A stretch of DNA of 64,000 bases from Gammaproteobacteria bacterium (GCA_965238175.1 CBDEGZ010000003.1:1152001-1216000), one strand, 5' to 3'; counted from the first letter of the stretch, positions 20,084 through 30,216 are shown. Notes: a model not told the origin generated them from the sequence alone. Numbers and translations: made by a program.

Positions 20084-20983
20084 TTAAGCCACGGTTGCTA
20101 ATGCCCGTTTTAAGTAATTAAATTCATCGCCAGACAAGTTCAAAGACGGCTTATTCTCTTTCAGACAATAAGCGATCAATCCACCGATAAGATTAAGCAT
20201 AAAACCATGTACAGAGCGGTGTCTGGAATGTTCTATCTGAGTAATGTTCTTCAACTGGTCATTAATGGTTTCAATAATAAAACGTCTGCTCAGCATGGCT
20301 CTGTCCCAGAGCGATGTAGCTTTTGCCTTCATGTTTTTTCGAACATTTGTCACCAACTCCACGCCTTTATCAAACAATTCGCTCGATAAGGCTTGGCTGA
20401 TATAGCCCTTATCCCCGTAAAGTTTGCCACTCATCGCCTTGCACAGCTCGGGAACAGGCTGACGGTCATCGATATTTCCCGGGGTGATTTTGGCTGCCAG
20501 GATATCCCCCTGATGATTGGTGATAAGGTGTAACTTGAAACCATAAAACCAACCCATTGTGCCTCGACCTCGCTGGGCGATGTCTTTGAAAACACGGTGG
20601 CGTGGAATACGGAGGTTGTGGCACACTTTTAAGGCGGTTGAATCAACAAACGCAACACCTGTGGGTTTCCCTTTAAGATAAGAAAAGTAGCTACATAAAG
20701 GAACGAGCACTGTCGGCATCACCTCCAGAAACCGCGTGTAGCTTAGCATCTGTGGAAAATCCTCGGCATAGAATTGAGCGATAAACCCTTTGTAGTAGTT
20801 CTTGAAATCGCGATGGTTGGAGTGATGAAACAGGATGATGATAGTCATGATTTCGCTGGCTTGCATTCGCCCAACTCGACGGCGTTTGCGTTGCCCATCG
20901 GTCAGTAATTGTTGTTCCCACAACGGTATGAAGTGCTGACAGAAGTCATCGACATCACAAAAGATTTCAACTAGTTTATCCAT
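20084..20983 (-). CDS. IS982 family transposase
   Basis: IFCDVDDFC, FVDST, GWFYGFKLHL, GDKGYIS, IETINDQLKN..QIEHSRHRS. Confidence 0.95.
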   Translation of the reverse strand: MDKLVEIFCDVDDFCQHFIPLWEQQLLTDGQRKRRRVGRMQASEIMTIIILFHHSNHRDFKNYYKGFIAQFYAEDFPQMLSYTRFLEVMPTVLVPLCSYFSYLKGKPTGVAFVDSTALKVCHNLRIPRHRVFKDIAQRGRGTMGWFYGFKLHLITNHQGDILAAKITPGNIDDRQPVPELCKAMSGKLYGDKGYISQALSSELFDKGVELVTNVRKNMKAKATSLWDRAMLSRRFIIETINDQLKNITQIEHSRHRSVHGFMLNLIGGLIAYCLKENKPSLNLSGDEFNYLKRALATVA

Positions 20984-21106
20984 TGGCTTGTTCTCCTTTT
21001 TTTTCAATTGTTTGGTCACAATTGATCTGATCGGGGGACAAGCCGTTAGTTCATTTCCTTAAGCCGAGTTGGGGTTAACTTAATAGAAATTGATAAAATC
21101 ACAGGC

Positions 21107-21142
21107 AAAAAAAAGCCTGGCAATAAATGCCAGGCTTTTTTA
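21107..21142. terminator. Intrinsic terminator of the cold-shock gene (bidirectional)
   Basis: aaaaaaagcctggca-ataaa-tgccaggcttttt. Confidence 0.85.
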
Positions 21143-21159
21143 TGTAATTGAAGGAAGTT

Positions 21160-21363
21160 TTATACTTTCGTCACATTACTAGCTTGTGGACCTTTGGGAC
21201 CATCTTCAACGTCGTAAGAAACTTCGTCGCCTTCACCAAGGCTTTTGAAACCGTCGCCTTGAATTGCAGAAAAATGTACGAATACATCTGTGCTGCCATC
21301 AGCTGGTGAAATAAAGCCGAAGCCTTTTGAATCGTTGAACCATTTAACACTGCCAGTAGCCAT
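21160..21363 (-). CDS. Cold-shock protein (CspA family)
   Basis: [29 protein letters not shown]. Confidence 0.96.
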   Translation of the reverse strand: MATGSVKWFNDSKGFGFISPADGSTDVFVHFSAIQGDGFKSLGEGDEVSYDVEDGPKGPQASNVTKV

Positions 21364-21685
21364 GTAGAATTACCTCTTAAATAAACAAAAAATAAATCAA
21401 TTGCGGTTTAGCGAGGTAATACACAGGAGATGCCTTCCTGGAAACTTCTGAAACCTATTAAAACGTGCAATCAAACTTGTATAGCAGTCAATATCACTAT
21501 TTATAATACAAAATATAAACCACTAACACATATATTGTAGACCTATCTGGCCCAAGATCAAACATTTAGTACGACTATTTACTTTTCTTATAGGTAAAGT
21601 TTGTGAACAATTCAACATAAATTGCCACCAATAATCATAAATTTACCTCATTGTAGGTATATGGCTTGGCTATTTGGAGTGTGTA

Positions 21686-21850
21686 TTATTTTTTATTGCA
21701 ATTAACTTCTTTTGATCCATCACATTGATCAGCATTTCCAGTGCCGCCGATCCCACCTTCTTCAATACGAGTATTTGAAGTTGCACAAGAAGCTAATAAC
21801 AGAATAATAGAAAGCGTAAGTATTTTTCGTATGACGTCAGTCTTCATCAT
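21686..21850 (-). CDS. Small lipoprotein with GGIGGTG motif
   Basis: Lipobox LLASC; start overlaps the end of the upstream gene, with RBS gagg. Confidence 0.6.
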   Translation of the reverse strand: MMKTDVIRKILTLSIILLLASCATSNTRIEEGGIGGTGNADQCDGSKEVNCNKK

Positions 21851-22655
21851 TTTTTTCCTCGAAGTAATAAATTCCAACACCAATACGTTGGGTGCCTTTT
21901 TTGATTATTTTAGGATTTGTATCACTATCGTAATTTGCAAGTAATTGATTTAAATCTTCTAAACAGCTTTGTGAGCGGTTATTGAGTTTTTTCCGTAAGA
22001 AAGGCAGCGCCTCTTTGCCGATGGCGTTATATGAGACTTTTCTTTGAAAGTAAGGCTCTTGAGGATCGATAAAAATATTGTGATCAATTGTGTTTATGAG
22101 ATCACGCACATCGGTTCCGAGTATACGGATCTTTTCATCCACGTTATTTGATGGAATGTAGGCTTTTTTGATCAACTTTATTTTGTTATCAGATAATTGC
22201 TGGATAGCGCCGACACGTAATAATTCATCAGCGATTGCACCGGATGGAACATCTCCGCTATAGATTTTTACGAGTGCTTTGAAACTAGAATCTCCTTTAT
22301 CAAGGAACAATTCTGTTGGTTCACCAGCTTTATTCTGAAATGACGGATCATTTATCCAGCCGGAAATAACCCGAGCAGCTCGATTGTATTGTTGGGTCAT
22401 GTCGGAAAGATCGATCTTATCTATGGATTTTGCGCGGGAAACCTCTTTTCTAGTTAGGCCTGTCAGTGTCGAAATTCTTGAAACAGATTGTTTTTTGCCA
22501 GAGATAGCAAACTCAGCCTCAGCGACTTCTATATAGAGCTTTTTCAGTAACTCACTTAGTGCATTGAATGCGATTCCGTTGCGTAATAACAAACGTACCA
22601 GCGGTTTTAATAACTGGTAAATCGCTTTGCTGAGGACAGTTGAAGAATGATCCAT
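21837..22655 (-). CDS. DUF6502-family protein (putative DNA-binding regulator)
   Basis: LLKPLVRLLLRNGI, SRISTLTGLTRKEV, ARVISGW, F..LVK.YS.D, DLINTIDHN, FQRKVSY; start placed at ATG 22655. Confidence 0.8.
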   Translation of the reverse strand: MDHSSTVLSKAIYQLLKPLVRLLLRNGIAFNALSELLKKLYIEVAEAEFAISGKKQSVSRISTLTGLTRKEVSRAKSIDKIDLSDMTQQYNRAARVISGWINDPSFQNKAGEPTELFLDKGDSSFKALVKIYSGDVPSGAIADELLRVGAIQQLSDNKIKLIKKAYIPSNNVDEKIRILGTDVRDLINTIDHNIFIDPQEPYFQRKVSYNAIGKEALPFLRKKLNNRSQSCLEDLNQLLANYDSDTNPKIIKKGTQRIGVGIYYFEEKNDED

Positions 22656-22661
22656 ATCGAT

Positions 22662-22743
22662 ACTGTAGTTGATCAGACTTGAATTATCAAAAAAATGGGT
22701 TATTATTCCCAAATAATTTATTGGGAAATTAATCCCAATAAAT
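22662..22743 (-). promoter_or_regulatory. sigma70 promoter (TTGATA-17-TACAGT) and two TGGG-N8-CCCA palindromes
   Basis: -35 at 22690-22685, -10 at 22667-22662; boxes at 22696-22711 and 22722-22737. Confidence 0.6.
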
Positions 22744-22757
22744 TTCAATAAAGGAGA

Positions 22758-23612
22758 ATGAATATGAATAACTTTTTGATCACAGCAATACTCTCAGCTT
22801 CAGTTTTATTATCAGCTTGTAGTTCACATATCCAAACAACCTCAGGCAAAGCCTATTTGGATAAATATGATCCGACTTTGGATCGTTATGCTGAGAGTCC
22901 TAAAAATGAAAATAATAAAATAACCGAAACGCCACATCCGCAGAATATTAATCAGCTAATCAGGCAAGTTGCATCCGTTGAACCAACCCTTAGATTCCCT
23001 GCCAGAATAGGCGTCGCAAGAATTGATCGTGGTTATTTATCACCTATTCCGCCGACAGAAATTGAGGCATGGGCCAACAGTAGCAAACAGCTTGGTGATG
23101 AGTTTGGAGAATTTATTCCCGTTAATCCAATGATTATCGATATGGTCGTGTCTTCAGAAATGTATCAAACCAGTTCAGGTTATGACAAGCATGCGAGAGA
23201 TGTCGTCAGTAAGATTAGGTTAGGTGCGGCTCGTCAGCATTTGGATGCAGTTTTGATCTATGAAGTTTATAGTCGTGAGAATAGCGACAGCAATTTTCTG
23301 TCGGTGGCGAATCTAACCATTTTAGGCGCTTATATTCTGCCATCAAAAGCCATTACAGCCGAAGGTTTTGCTAACGCAATGTTAATCGATGTTTTACAAG
23401 GCTATCCGTATGGCACGGTGGACACGACAATTGATAAAAGTGAAATGACCACAACCAATGGAGAGTGGGATAAACGACAACAACTTTCCAATGAAATAAA
23501 AGCAGAAGTGACTATAAAACTGGTCGAGGAAGTGAAAGACATGTTTAAAGATTTGCAATTGCAGTTGTTACGTAAAAGGGCTGAAAAAGCGCAGGGGAGT
23601 ACAGCTACGTAA
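22758..23612 (+). CDS. Uncharacterised lipoprotein (rhombotarget-lipoprotein-like)
   Basis: RBS aaggag, lipobox LLSAC, EPTLRFPARIGVARI, AARQHLDAVLIY. Confidence 0.7.
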   Translation: MNMNNFLITAILSASVLLSACSSHIQTTSGKAYLDKYDPTLDRYAESPKNENNKITETPHPQNINQLIRQVASVEPTLRFPARIGVARIDRGYLSPIPPTEIEAWANSSKQLGDEFGEFIPVNPMIIDMVVSSEMYQTSSGYDKHARDVVSKIRLGAARQHLDAVLIYEVYSRENSDSNFLSVANLTILGAYILPSKAITAEGFANAMLIDVLQGYPYGTVDTTIDKSEMTTTNGEWDKRQQLSNEIKAEVTIKLVEEVKDMFKDLQLQLLRKRAEKAQGSTAT

Positions 23613-23692
23613 GGTGTAATCTGACGATGTGGACGTTGGAGGTAGAGTAACGCAGGAGCAGTTGCAGCTACCGAGCCTTGCGTATTCCGATA
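23609..23692 (+). repeat. REP-like palindrome carrying a GGA-rich module of about 50 bp
   Basis: Module is colinear with an inverted copy at 24963-25011. Confidence 0.4.
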
Positions 23693-23712
23693 GGCTTTGA
23701 TGTTGGGTTATG

Positions 23713-24938
23713 TGTAGAAGTTTAGACCCAATCTGACACATCACTAAATCAAGCGGAGCGTAGCGACGCTTGATTTAGTGAGAGTTACCCGCTTTGATGT
23801 AACTGCAACGTAAACATCAAAACACAAAGAGGTAACTCTCATGATTCATACTAATGACAAAGTTATAAAACATAAAGTTGGTCTACTCAATCTCGCTGAA
23901 GAACTCGGCAATGTCTCAAAAGCCTGCAAGATGATGGGTTTGTCCAGAGATACATTTTATCGCTACAAAGAAGCGGCTGATGAAGGCGGTGTAGAAGCCT
24001 TGTTTGATCGTAATCGGCGTACCCCAAATCTTAAAAACAGAATCGACCCGGCTATTGAAACCGTTGTGCTCGAGTATGCACTGGAAGAGCCCGCACATGG
24101 TCAAACGCGCACCAGTAACGAGCTGCGCAAACGGGGAACATTTGTCTCACCCAGTGGCGTTCGTTGTATCTGGCTTCGTCATGGTCTTGCTTGCTTTAAA
24201 GATCGCCTGAAGGCATTGTCTGATAAGGTAGCTGGTGAAGGCTTGATCCTCACTGAGTCTCAAGTCGCGGCGATGGAACGCAAGAAAGACGACGATGAGG
24301 CTTGTGGCGAGATAGAGACGGCACACCCTGGTTATCTTGGCTCGCAAGATACTTACTATGTCGGTACTTTCAAAGGCATTGGTCGGGTTTATCAACAAAC
24401 GTTTGTTGATACTTACAGCAAGGTCGCTCACGCGAAACTGTACCCGACTAAAACACCGATTACGGCAGCTGACATGCTCAATGACCGCGTCCTCCCATTC
24501 TACGAAGAACAACGTTTGCCTATGTTGCGCATTTTGACAGATAGAGGGACGGAGTATTGTGGGCGAGCTGACCAGCATGATTATCAGCTTTATATGGCGT
24601 TGAACAATATCGAACACACCAAAACCAAGGTCAAATCACCTCAGACGAATGGTATTTGTGAGCGATTCCATAAGACGATCCTCAATGAGTTTTATCAAGT
24701 CGCTTTGCGTAAGAAAATTTACCAATCGATTGATGAACTGCAACTCGACCTTGACGAATGGTTGCTCAAATACAATACTCAACGAACTCACCAAGGCAAA
24801 ATGTGCTGCGGGAGGACGCCGATGGAAACACTCATCGACGGACAAGCTATCTGGAAGGAAAAGTTTGTGAATTAAACTTAACCTGACAGTCGGTTACTGA
24901 TAATTGGGTAACTGTCAGATCAAATCTGAATTTCTACA
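23713..24938 (+). mobile_element. IS481 family element, copy 1 (1226 bp)
   Basis: TGTAGAA...TTCTACA ends, 7-bp TSD GGTTATG. Confidence 0.95.
23841..24875 (+). CDS. IS481 family transposase
   Basis: HTH N-terminus, rve core SQDT..TDRGTEY..PQTNGICERF. Confidence 0.96.
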   Translation: MIHTNDKVIKHKVGLLNLAEELGNVSKACKMMGLSRDTFYRYKEAADEGGVEALFDRNRRTPNLKNRIDPAIETVVLEYALEEPAHGQTRTSNELRKRGTFVSPSGVRCIWLRHGLACFKDRLKALSDKVAGEGLILTESQVAAMERKKDDDEACGEIETAHPGYLGSQDTYYVGTFKGIGRVYQQTFVDTYSKVAHAKLYPTKTPITAADMLNDRVLPFYEEQRLPMLRILTDRGTEYCGRADQHDYQLYMALNNIEHTKTKVKSPQTNGICERFHKTILNEFYQVALRKKIYQSIDELQLDLDEWLLKYNTQRTHQGKMCCGRTPMETLIDGQAIWKEKFVN

Positions 24939-24962
24939 GGTTATGGCATAAAAAAGCATGCT

Positions 24963-25018
24963 TCGATTTTTGTTCCAGGCGGAATTCTATCTCCTGTATC
25001 CATACAGTCGTAACCCAA
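24963..25018 (-). repeat. Inverted GGA-rich module within a REP-like palindrome split by IS481
   Basis: Arms ttgggtta (23703-23710) / taacccaa (25011-25018) pair once the IS is removed. Confidence 0.4.
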
Positions 25019-25028
25019 TTTACGAAAT

Positions 25029-26183
25029 TTAGGCGAGATAATGATCAGGAATAATAACTTCACCGCGCATCAAGGTTCTGGCTGTTCGCATAATTGATGC
25101 GCTGTGGGCTAGCCAGTTTGTATCGATATTTTCAGTGATGGCGCTGGCATCCATAACGCCGGCACTGTGTCCAATCCTTAAATTACCCAACTGTTTTTGT
25201 GATGCGACATCTGACACCAGAGTCTCTGGAATAGATGCCGCAACAGCAACTGCAATTGCACCTGTGCCGGTAAAGGCGTGGTGAAGTTTACCCATCGAGA
25301 ATATTCGTGCGCAAAGATCTATTTGATCGTTTTTGATCATATTTCCTTGGGTCGATTGATAATCCTGTGCTTTTGAAACAAAGGCCAGTTTGGGTGTCGC
25401 AGGTTGCAGGTGTGCTTGTTCGACAGTTTTAGTCAGGCCCATTTTAACCGCTGCAGCACAACGTATCTCTTCTACTTGATCGAGTAGTGTTTGATCGGCA
25501 TTAATTTGATCAGGTAATTCTGTTCCTTTAAGTCCTAGATCTTTTGTATTTACGAACACGGTTGCATTTCCAGCGATGACTAAGGAAACGGTTATTTGTT
25601 TATTTTGATCGTAGGTCAGTTTTTCAGAGGTGTTTCCTGTCGGTAGAATAATGCCGTTTTGTCCACCGGGCTTTATAAATTCAACTTTGATCGCGGAGCC
25701 TGTGTTGGGAATTCCGGCTATTTGATAATCACCATTATTGATCACATTTCCATCAGCTGAGGTTGGAACGTGAATGATCATTTTTTGTGACAGGTTGGTT
25801 TGCCAGACGCGGACGGAGGTCATACCAGTAGGATCTGCTTTGACCATTCCTTGTTCAATTGCAAAAACGCCGATCGCTGAAGACAGGTTTCCACAATTGC
25901 CGGAATAGTCGATAACAGGTTGATCGATTGCCACATGACCAAAGGTGTAATCGACATCAAAGCCTTCTTTATCAGAAGGTTTGATCAAGACTATTTTGCT
26001 GGTGCTTGAGGTCGCACCACCGAGTCCATCGATTTTTTTTCCATAGGGATCTGGGCTGCCGATGACGGCGAGTAAAAGTTGATTTCGGAATATCGGATCT
26101 TCGGGTAAATTTTGAGGATCAATAAATAAACCTTTGCTTGTGCCGCCACGCATCCAGACAGCGGGGAGAATTTTTGTTGTCAT
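25029..26183 (-). CDS. prpF: PrpF family (2-methylaconitate isomerase)
   Basis: MRGGTSKG, DGLGGATSSTSK, NCGNL, SMGKLHHA, RTARTLMRG. Confidence 0.92.
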   Translation of the reverse strand: MTTKILPAVWMRGGTSKGLFIDPQNLPEDPIFRNQLLLAVIGSPDPYGKKIDGLGGATSSTSKIVLIKPSDKEGFDVDYTFGHVAIDQPVIDYSGNCGNLSSAIGVFAIEQGMVKADPTGMTSVRVWQTNLSQKMIIHVPTSADGNVINNGDYQIAGIPNTGSAIKVEFIKPGGQNGIILPTGNTSEKLTYDQNKQITVSLVIAGNATVFVNTKDLGLKGTELPDQINADQTLLDQVEEIRCAAAVKMGLTKTVEQAHLQPATPKLAFVSKAQDYQSTQGNMIKNDQIDLCARIFSMGKLHHAFTGTGAIAVAVAASIPETLVSDVASQKQLGNLRIGHSAGVMDASAITENIDTNWLAHSASIMRTARTLMRGEVIIPDHYLA

Positions 26184-26287
26184 AAGTTTTGAGTTTAGAG
26201 GAATCTCAAAGGGAGCTTTGCACGAAATGAATAAGAGTTCAAAAAAGTATGCTGTTAAAGTTTTGCAGATAACTTATCCTGAGTTCA

Positions 26288-27632
26288 TATATGGTCTCCT
26301 CCCGTATTGCAAGATAAAACATTCAGATAACAGGGACAGGATTGCTGTCATATATACGGCCTTCAATGAAGTTTTCAACTTCTGACCTGGATGTATTACG
26401 CGCCTATTTTCCTTATCAGGTTATCGGTATTAGTTACCCCTGAGCTCGACAGGTTTTCAATAGGCTGGTTTGACCTGTTATGCCATCTTTAGTTTTACCT
26501 TCGCAATTCGTTGAAATGATTTGTTCTCTCTATTTAGGCCGGTGAGTAGTCATCACCAGAAACCGTTATAGCCCAGGCCATTCTTGCCATTTTGTTGGCA
26601 TACGCCACACACGCTCGATTATGCCCCCGCGTCTCAACTAAACGATTAATCCATTGACTCAGTTTATCGCCTTTCGTTTTGGCTCTTGATACCACGGCCT
26701 TCGCGCCTAGAATTAACAAACAACGAAGGTATTTATTGCCGCGTTTACTGATCCCCAGTAGCACCTCTTTACCACCACTACTGTACTGTCGTGGAACAAG
26801 TCCTAATGAGGCGGACACATCGCGCCCTTTGTGATAATGAGCGCCGTTTCCCACTTCATTAAAATACGCGCTCGAGACCATCGGCCCAAACCCTGGAATA
26901 GTTTGTAAGCGTTGGCAAATCGCATTGTTTTTTGCCGATTGAATGATCAATTGGTCAAATGTCGCAATACAGGCATCAAGTGATTGCCATTGTTCCTTTA
27001 GCTGGCGCAGTATCCTTTTGAAAGTAACGGACAACCGTTCGTTCTCATCACTTAATAGCAACGGGATAGATTGACGTAGGGTATTTAGGCCGGGACGAAG
27101 GCTAATGCCATATTCTGCAACAAGCGCTCTCATTTGGTTACATAATGCGGTTCTTTGTCTGACCGCTAAGTCTCTTGCTTTATGTTGTGCCTGGTTGTCT
27201 TGTTGCTCAACTGATTTAATGCCCACACTTTTTAAATGAGGTTGTTTCGCAGCAACGGCGATGGCCAAGGCATCGTTATAATCATTCTTATTGCCGATTA
27301 GAAATGCGTTAACATGCTGAGGTGGTAGTAATTTCACCTGATGTCCCTGTTGTTGTATCGCTCGGGCCCAATACTGTGACGTTGCACAAGATTCTATTGC
27401 GACTAAACAAGGAGGTTGAGATTGAAAAAAGGAGAGTACCTGCGCTCGCTTTAACATTTTCTTTTTGATTATACGCCCTTGTTGATTACAGCAGACAGCA
27501 TGAAATACGTTTTTTGCTATGTCTAACCCGATTGTTGTAGTCTTCATTTTGGTCTTCTCCTCTTTTGATTGTGTGTATGTCAGTTCAATCATGGCACCTA
27601 GATGCCGTTAGGGGGAGGAGACCATCACATCA
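26288..27632 (-). mobile_element. IS110 (IS1111) element, copy 2
   Basis: Same 1345-bp element; reconstructed target TAACC|TGAACTCAGGATAAG. Confidence 0.95.
26534..27547 (-). CDS. IS110 transposase
   Basis: Protein identical to copy 1. Confidence 0.96.
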   Translation of the reverse strand: MKTTTIGLDIAKNVFHAVCCNQQGRIIKKKMLKRAQVLSFFQSQPPCLVAIESCATSQYWARAIQQQGHQVKLLPPQHVNAFLIGNKNDYNDALAIAVAAKQPHLKSVGIKSVEQQDNQAQHKARDLAVRQRTALCNQMRALVAEYGISLRPGLNTLRQSIPLLLSDENERLSVTFKRILRQLKEQWQSLDACIATFDQLIIQSAKNNAICQRLQTIPGFGPMVSSAYFNEVGNGAHYHKGRDVSASLGLVPRQYSSGGKEVLLGISKRGNKYLRCLLILGAKAVVSRAKTKGDKLSQWINRLVETRGHNRACVAYANKMARMAWAITVSGDDYSPA

Positions 27633-27799
27633 GGTTAACTTAAGCAATTCAGATCTGGAGAAACATCTGGCAGAAGCTACACGGTTCCGTTGTTTCGTGG
27701 ATTTAAGGTTAATCATCGAAATGGGTTTATGGCGTTTAATCACTGTCTTGTAAAGTGTTTATTAGTATTTTCATGTCAGAGTCTGTTCTTAAGTCCATT

Positions 27800-27836
27800 A
27801 TAAAAAAAGACTATCGAGGCTATAGCAATTAAGAAT
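27800..27836 (+). promoter_or_regulatory. OxyR-type binding site upstream of katG
   Basis: ATAA-N7-CTAT-N7-ATAG-N7-GAAT versus consensus ATAG-N7-CTAT-N7-ATAG-N7-CTAT. Confidence 0.7.
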
Positions 27837-27918
27837 TAGACAGAAACTTTACATCCTCCTATCTTATCTTCGTCACACGACTCAATACATATAAAGCTAA
27901 AAATATAAGGAGGCAGAG

Positions 27919-30162
27919 ATGCTTAAAGAAACAATAAAATTAATGACGATTATAGTAATAGCTTTTTTAATGATTGTATTATCTACAATCGTTTCGATTG
28001 ACTTAGCAATAGCGCAGGATAAGGCTGTGACCAATGAATATTGGTGGCCAAACAGCCTCGATCTTAAATCGCTTCGTAATAATTCTTCAGAATCAAATCC
28101 TCTAGGTGTTGATTTTAATTATGCTGAAGAATTCGCAAGCTTAGATCTGGATGCCGTAAAAAGAGATCTGGAGGTACTAATGACCACATCTCAGGACTGG
28201 TGGCCAGCAGATTATGGTCACTACGGTCCTTTTTTCATTCGTCTTGCCTGGCACAGTGCAGGTACGTATCGAGTAAGCGACGGTCGCGGTGGCGCATATG
28301 GTGGCATGCAGCGTTTTGCACCTTTGAATAGTTGGCCTGACAATGCCAATTTGGATAAAGCACGGCGCTTACTTTGGCCGCTTAAACAAAAATACGGTAA
28401 TAAGATCTCATGGGGAGACTTAATGGTACTTGCTGGAACCGTTGCTATGGAATCAATGGGTTTTAGAACCCTGGGTTTTGCTGGTGGACGTGTAGACGGT
28501 TGGGAACCTGAAGTAATTAATTGGGGTGCTGAAGGAGAATGGCTCTCAGATAGCAAACGTTATCATGGAAAAAGGGAATTGAAAAAACCATTTGGAGCTG
28601 TCCAAATGGGTTTGATTTACGTAAATCCTGAAGGGCCTAATGGTAATCCTGATCCTCTTGCCGCAGCAGCTGATATCCGTCTGGCATTTGGTCGTATGGC
28701 GATGAATGATGAAGAAACTGTTGCGCTAATTGCTGGCGGACATACTTTTGGTAAAGCGCATGGTGCTGCTGATCCTCATCAGTACGTTGGCAAGGAACCA
28801 GAAGGTGAAAGTATCGAAGCTCAAGGTACGGGTTGGAACAGTAGTTATAAAAGCGGTAAAGCTGGAGACACCATTACCAGTGGTTTAGAGGGTGCCTGGA
28901 CAAGTAATCCTGCTGCCTGGACGCACAATTATCTACAAAACCTCTATGCTTTCAATTGGGTTAAAACCAAGAGCCCCGCAGGTGCAACCCAGTGGATTCC
29001 AGATACTGAGGACGCATCGAATCTTGTTCCAGATGCACATGACCGATCGAAGAGACATGCGCCGATTATGTTCACAACTGACCTTGCCCTTAGATTTGAC
29101 CCTGAATATGGCAAGATCACCAAACGTTGGTTAGACAACCCTAAAGAGTTTGAAACTGCTTTTGCGAAAGCGTGGTTCAAACTAACGCATCGAGATATGG
29201 GGCCGAGTTCGCGTTATCTTGGTTCTATGGTGCCTGAAGAAAAGATGATCTGGCAGGATAATATCCCTACTGTAAATCATAAGCTAATTAGTCATGATGA
29301 GGCGGAGAAACTTGAATCCATCATTCTAAAGTCAGGTTTAACTATTCCTGAACTGGTAAGAACAGCCTGGGCATCAGCATCTACTTTCCGTGCTACTGAT
29401 TTCCGTGGTGGTGGAAATGGTGCACGTATTCGACTGGCTCCTCAAAAGGATTGGGCGGTGAATCAACCTGAAGAATTGGCTAAAGTGCTAAAAAAATTGG
29501 AAGGCATTCAAAAAGACTTTAATGAATCGCTTTCCGATGGTAAGCAAGTATCACTTGCTGATGTGATTGTTATAGCTGGGAATACAGCGATTGAAGCAGC
29601 AGCCAGAAAAGCTGGGCATAATGTTGAAGTACCTTTTACCGTTGGTCGTGTTGATGCATCGCAAGCACAAACTGATGTCTATTCATTTGCTAATCTTGAA
29701 CCAAATGCTGATGGCTTCCGTAATTACTTTGTAAGCGGTAATTCAGAATCACCAGCGGAGTTGTTGGTTGATAAAGCTAGTACACTATCATTAACAATAC
29801 CTGAAATGACGGTTCTGATTGGTGGTATGCGTTCTTTGGGTGCCAATGTTGGAAGCTCTAAACACGGTGTGTTTACAGATAAAGCGGGCGTTTTGAGTAA
29901 CGACTTCTTTGTGAATTTGTTGGATTTGTCCACGAAATGGACGAAGTCCGCAAGTTCTGAAGGGGTTTACGAAGGCAGTGATCGTGCAACAGGCAAAGTT
30001 AAGTGGACGGCAACACCGGTTGATCTGGTTTTTGGGTCGAACAGTGAGTTACGTGCTGTTTCAGAAGTTTATGCACTGAACGATTCAGATAAAAAGTTTG
30101 TTAATGACTTTGTTAAAGCGTGGACTAAGGTAATGAATCTTGATCGTTTTGATGTGCTTTGA
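27919..30162 (+). CDS. katG: Catalase-peroxidase with N-terminal signal peptide
   Basis: [36 protein letters not shown]. Confidence 0.98.
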   Translation: MLKETIKLMTIIVIAFLMIVLSTIVSIDLAIAQDKAVTNEYWWPNSLDLKSLRNNSSESNPLGVDFNYAEEFASLDLDAVKRDLEVLMTTSQDWWPADYGHYGPFFIRLAWHSAGTYRVSDGRGGAYGGMQRFAPLNSWPDNANLDKARRLLWPLKQKYGNKISWGDLMVLAGTVAMESMGFRTLGFAGGRVDGWEPEVINWGAEGEWLSDSKRYHGKRELKKPFGAVQMGLIYVNPEGPNGNPDPLAAAADIRLAFGRMAMNDEETVALIAGGHTFGKAHGAADPHQYVGKEPEGESIEAQGTGWNSSYKSGKAGDTITSGLEGAWTSNPAAWTHNYLQNLYAFNWVKTKSPAGATQWIPDTEDASNLVPDAHDRSKRHAPIMFTTDLALRFDPEYGKITKRWLDNPKEFETAFAKAWFKLTHRDMGPSSRYLGSMVPEEKMIWQDNIPTVNHKLISHDEAEKLESIILKSGLTIPELVRTAWASASTFRATDFRGGGNGARIRLAPQKDWAVNQPEELAKVLKKLEGIQKDFNESLSDGKQVSLADVIVIAGNTAIEAAARKAGHNVEVPFTVGRVDASQAQTDVYSFANLEPNADGFRNYFVSGNSESPAELLVDKASTLSLTIPEMTVLIGGMRSLGANVGSSKHGVFTDKAGVLSNDFFVNLLDLSTKWTKSASSEGVYEGSDRATGKVKWTATPVDLVFGSNSELRAVSEVYALNDSDKKFVNDFVKAWTKVMNLDRFDVL

Positions 30163-30216
30163 TCTTAGTTGGAGAAAGTGTTTGAAAGTTACAGTACGCT
30201 ATTTTCTATGAAACAG

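Larger units (their letters stand above)
18726..21075 (-). mobile_element. IS982-family element (about 1005 bp) with an IS110 inserted in one terminal IR
   Basis: TIRs ACC|TGAGATCGGTTTAAG and ACCCCAACTCGGCTTAAG; 7-bp TSD TAACTTA at 18719-18725 and 21076-21082. Confidence 0.9.

Noticed and set aside
23916-24870. Short ORFs repeated in all three IS481 copies
   Set aside because: Shadow frames that recur only because the IS is duplicated; no recognisable motifs.
24879-24893. IS481 right end (TAACCTGACAGTCGG) as an IS110 target
   Set aside because: Matches the left guide only; the right half is out of register and all three copies are unoccupied.
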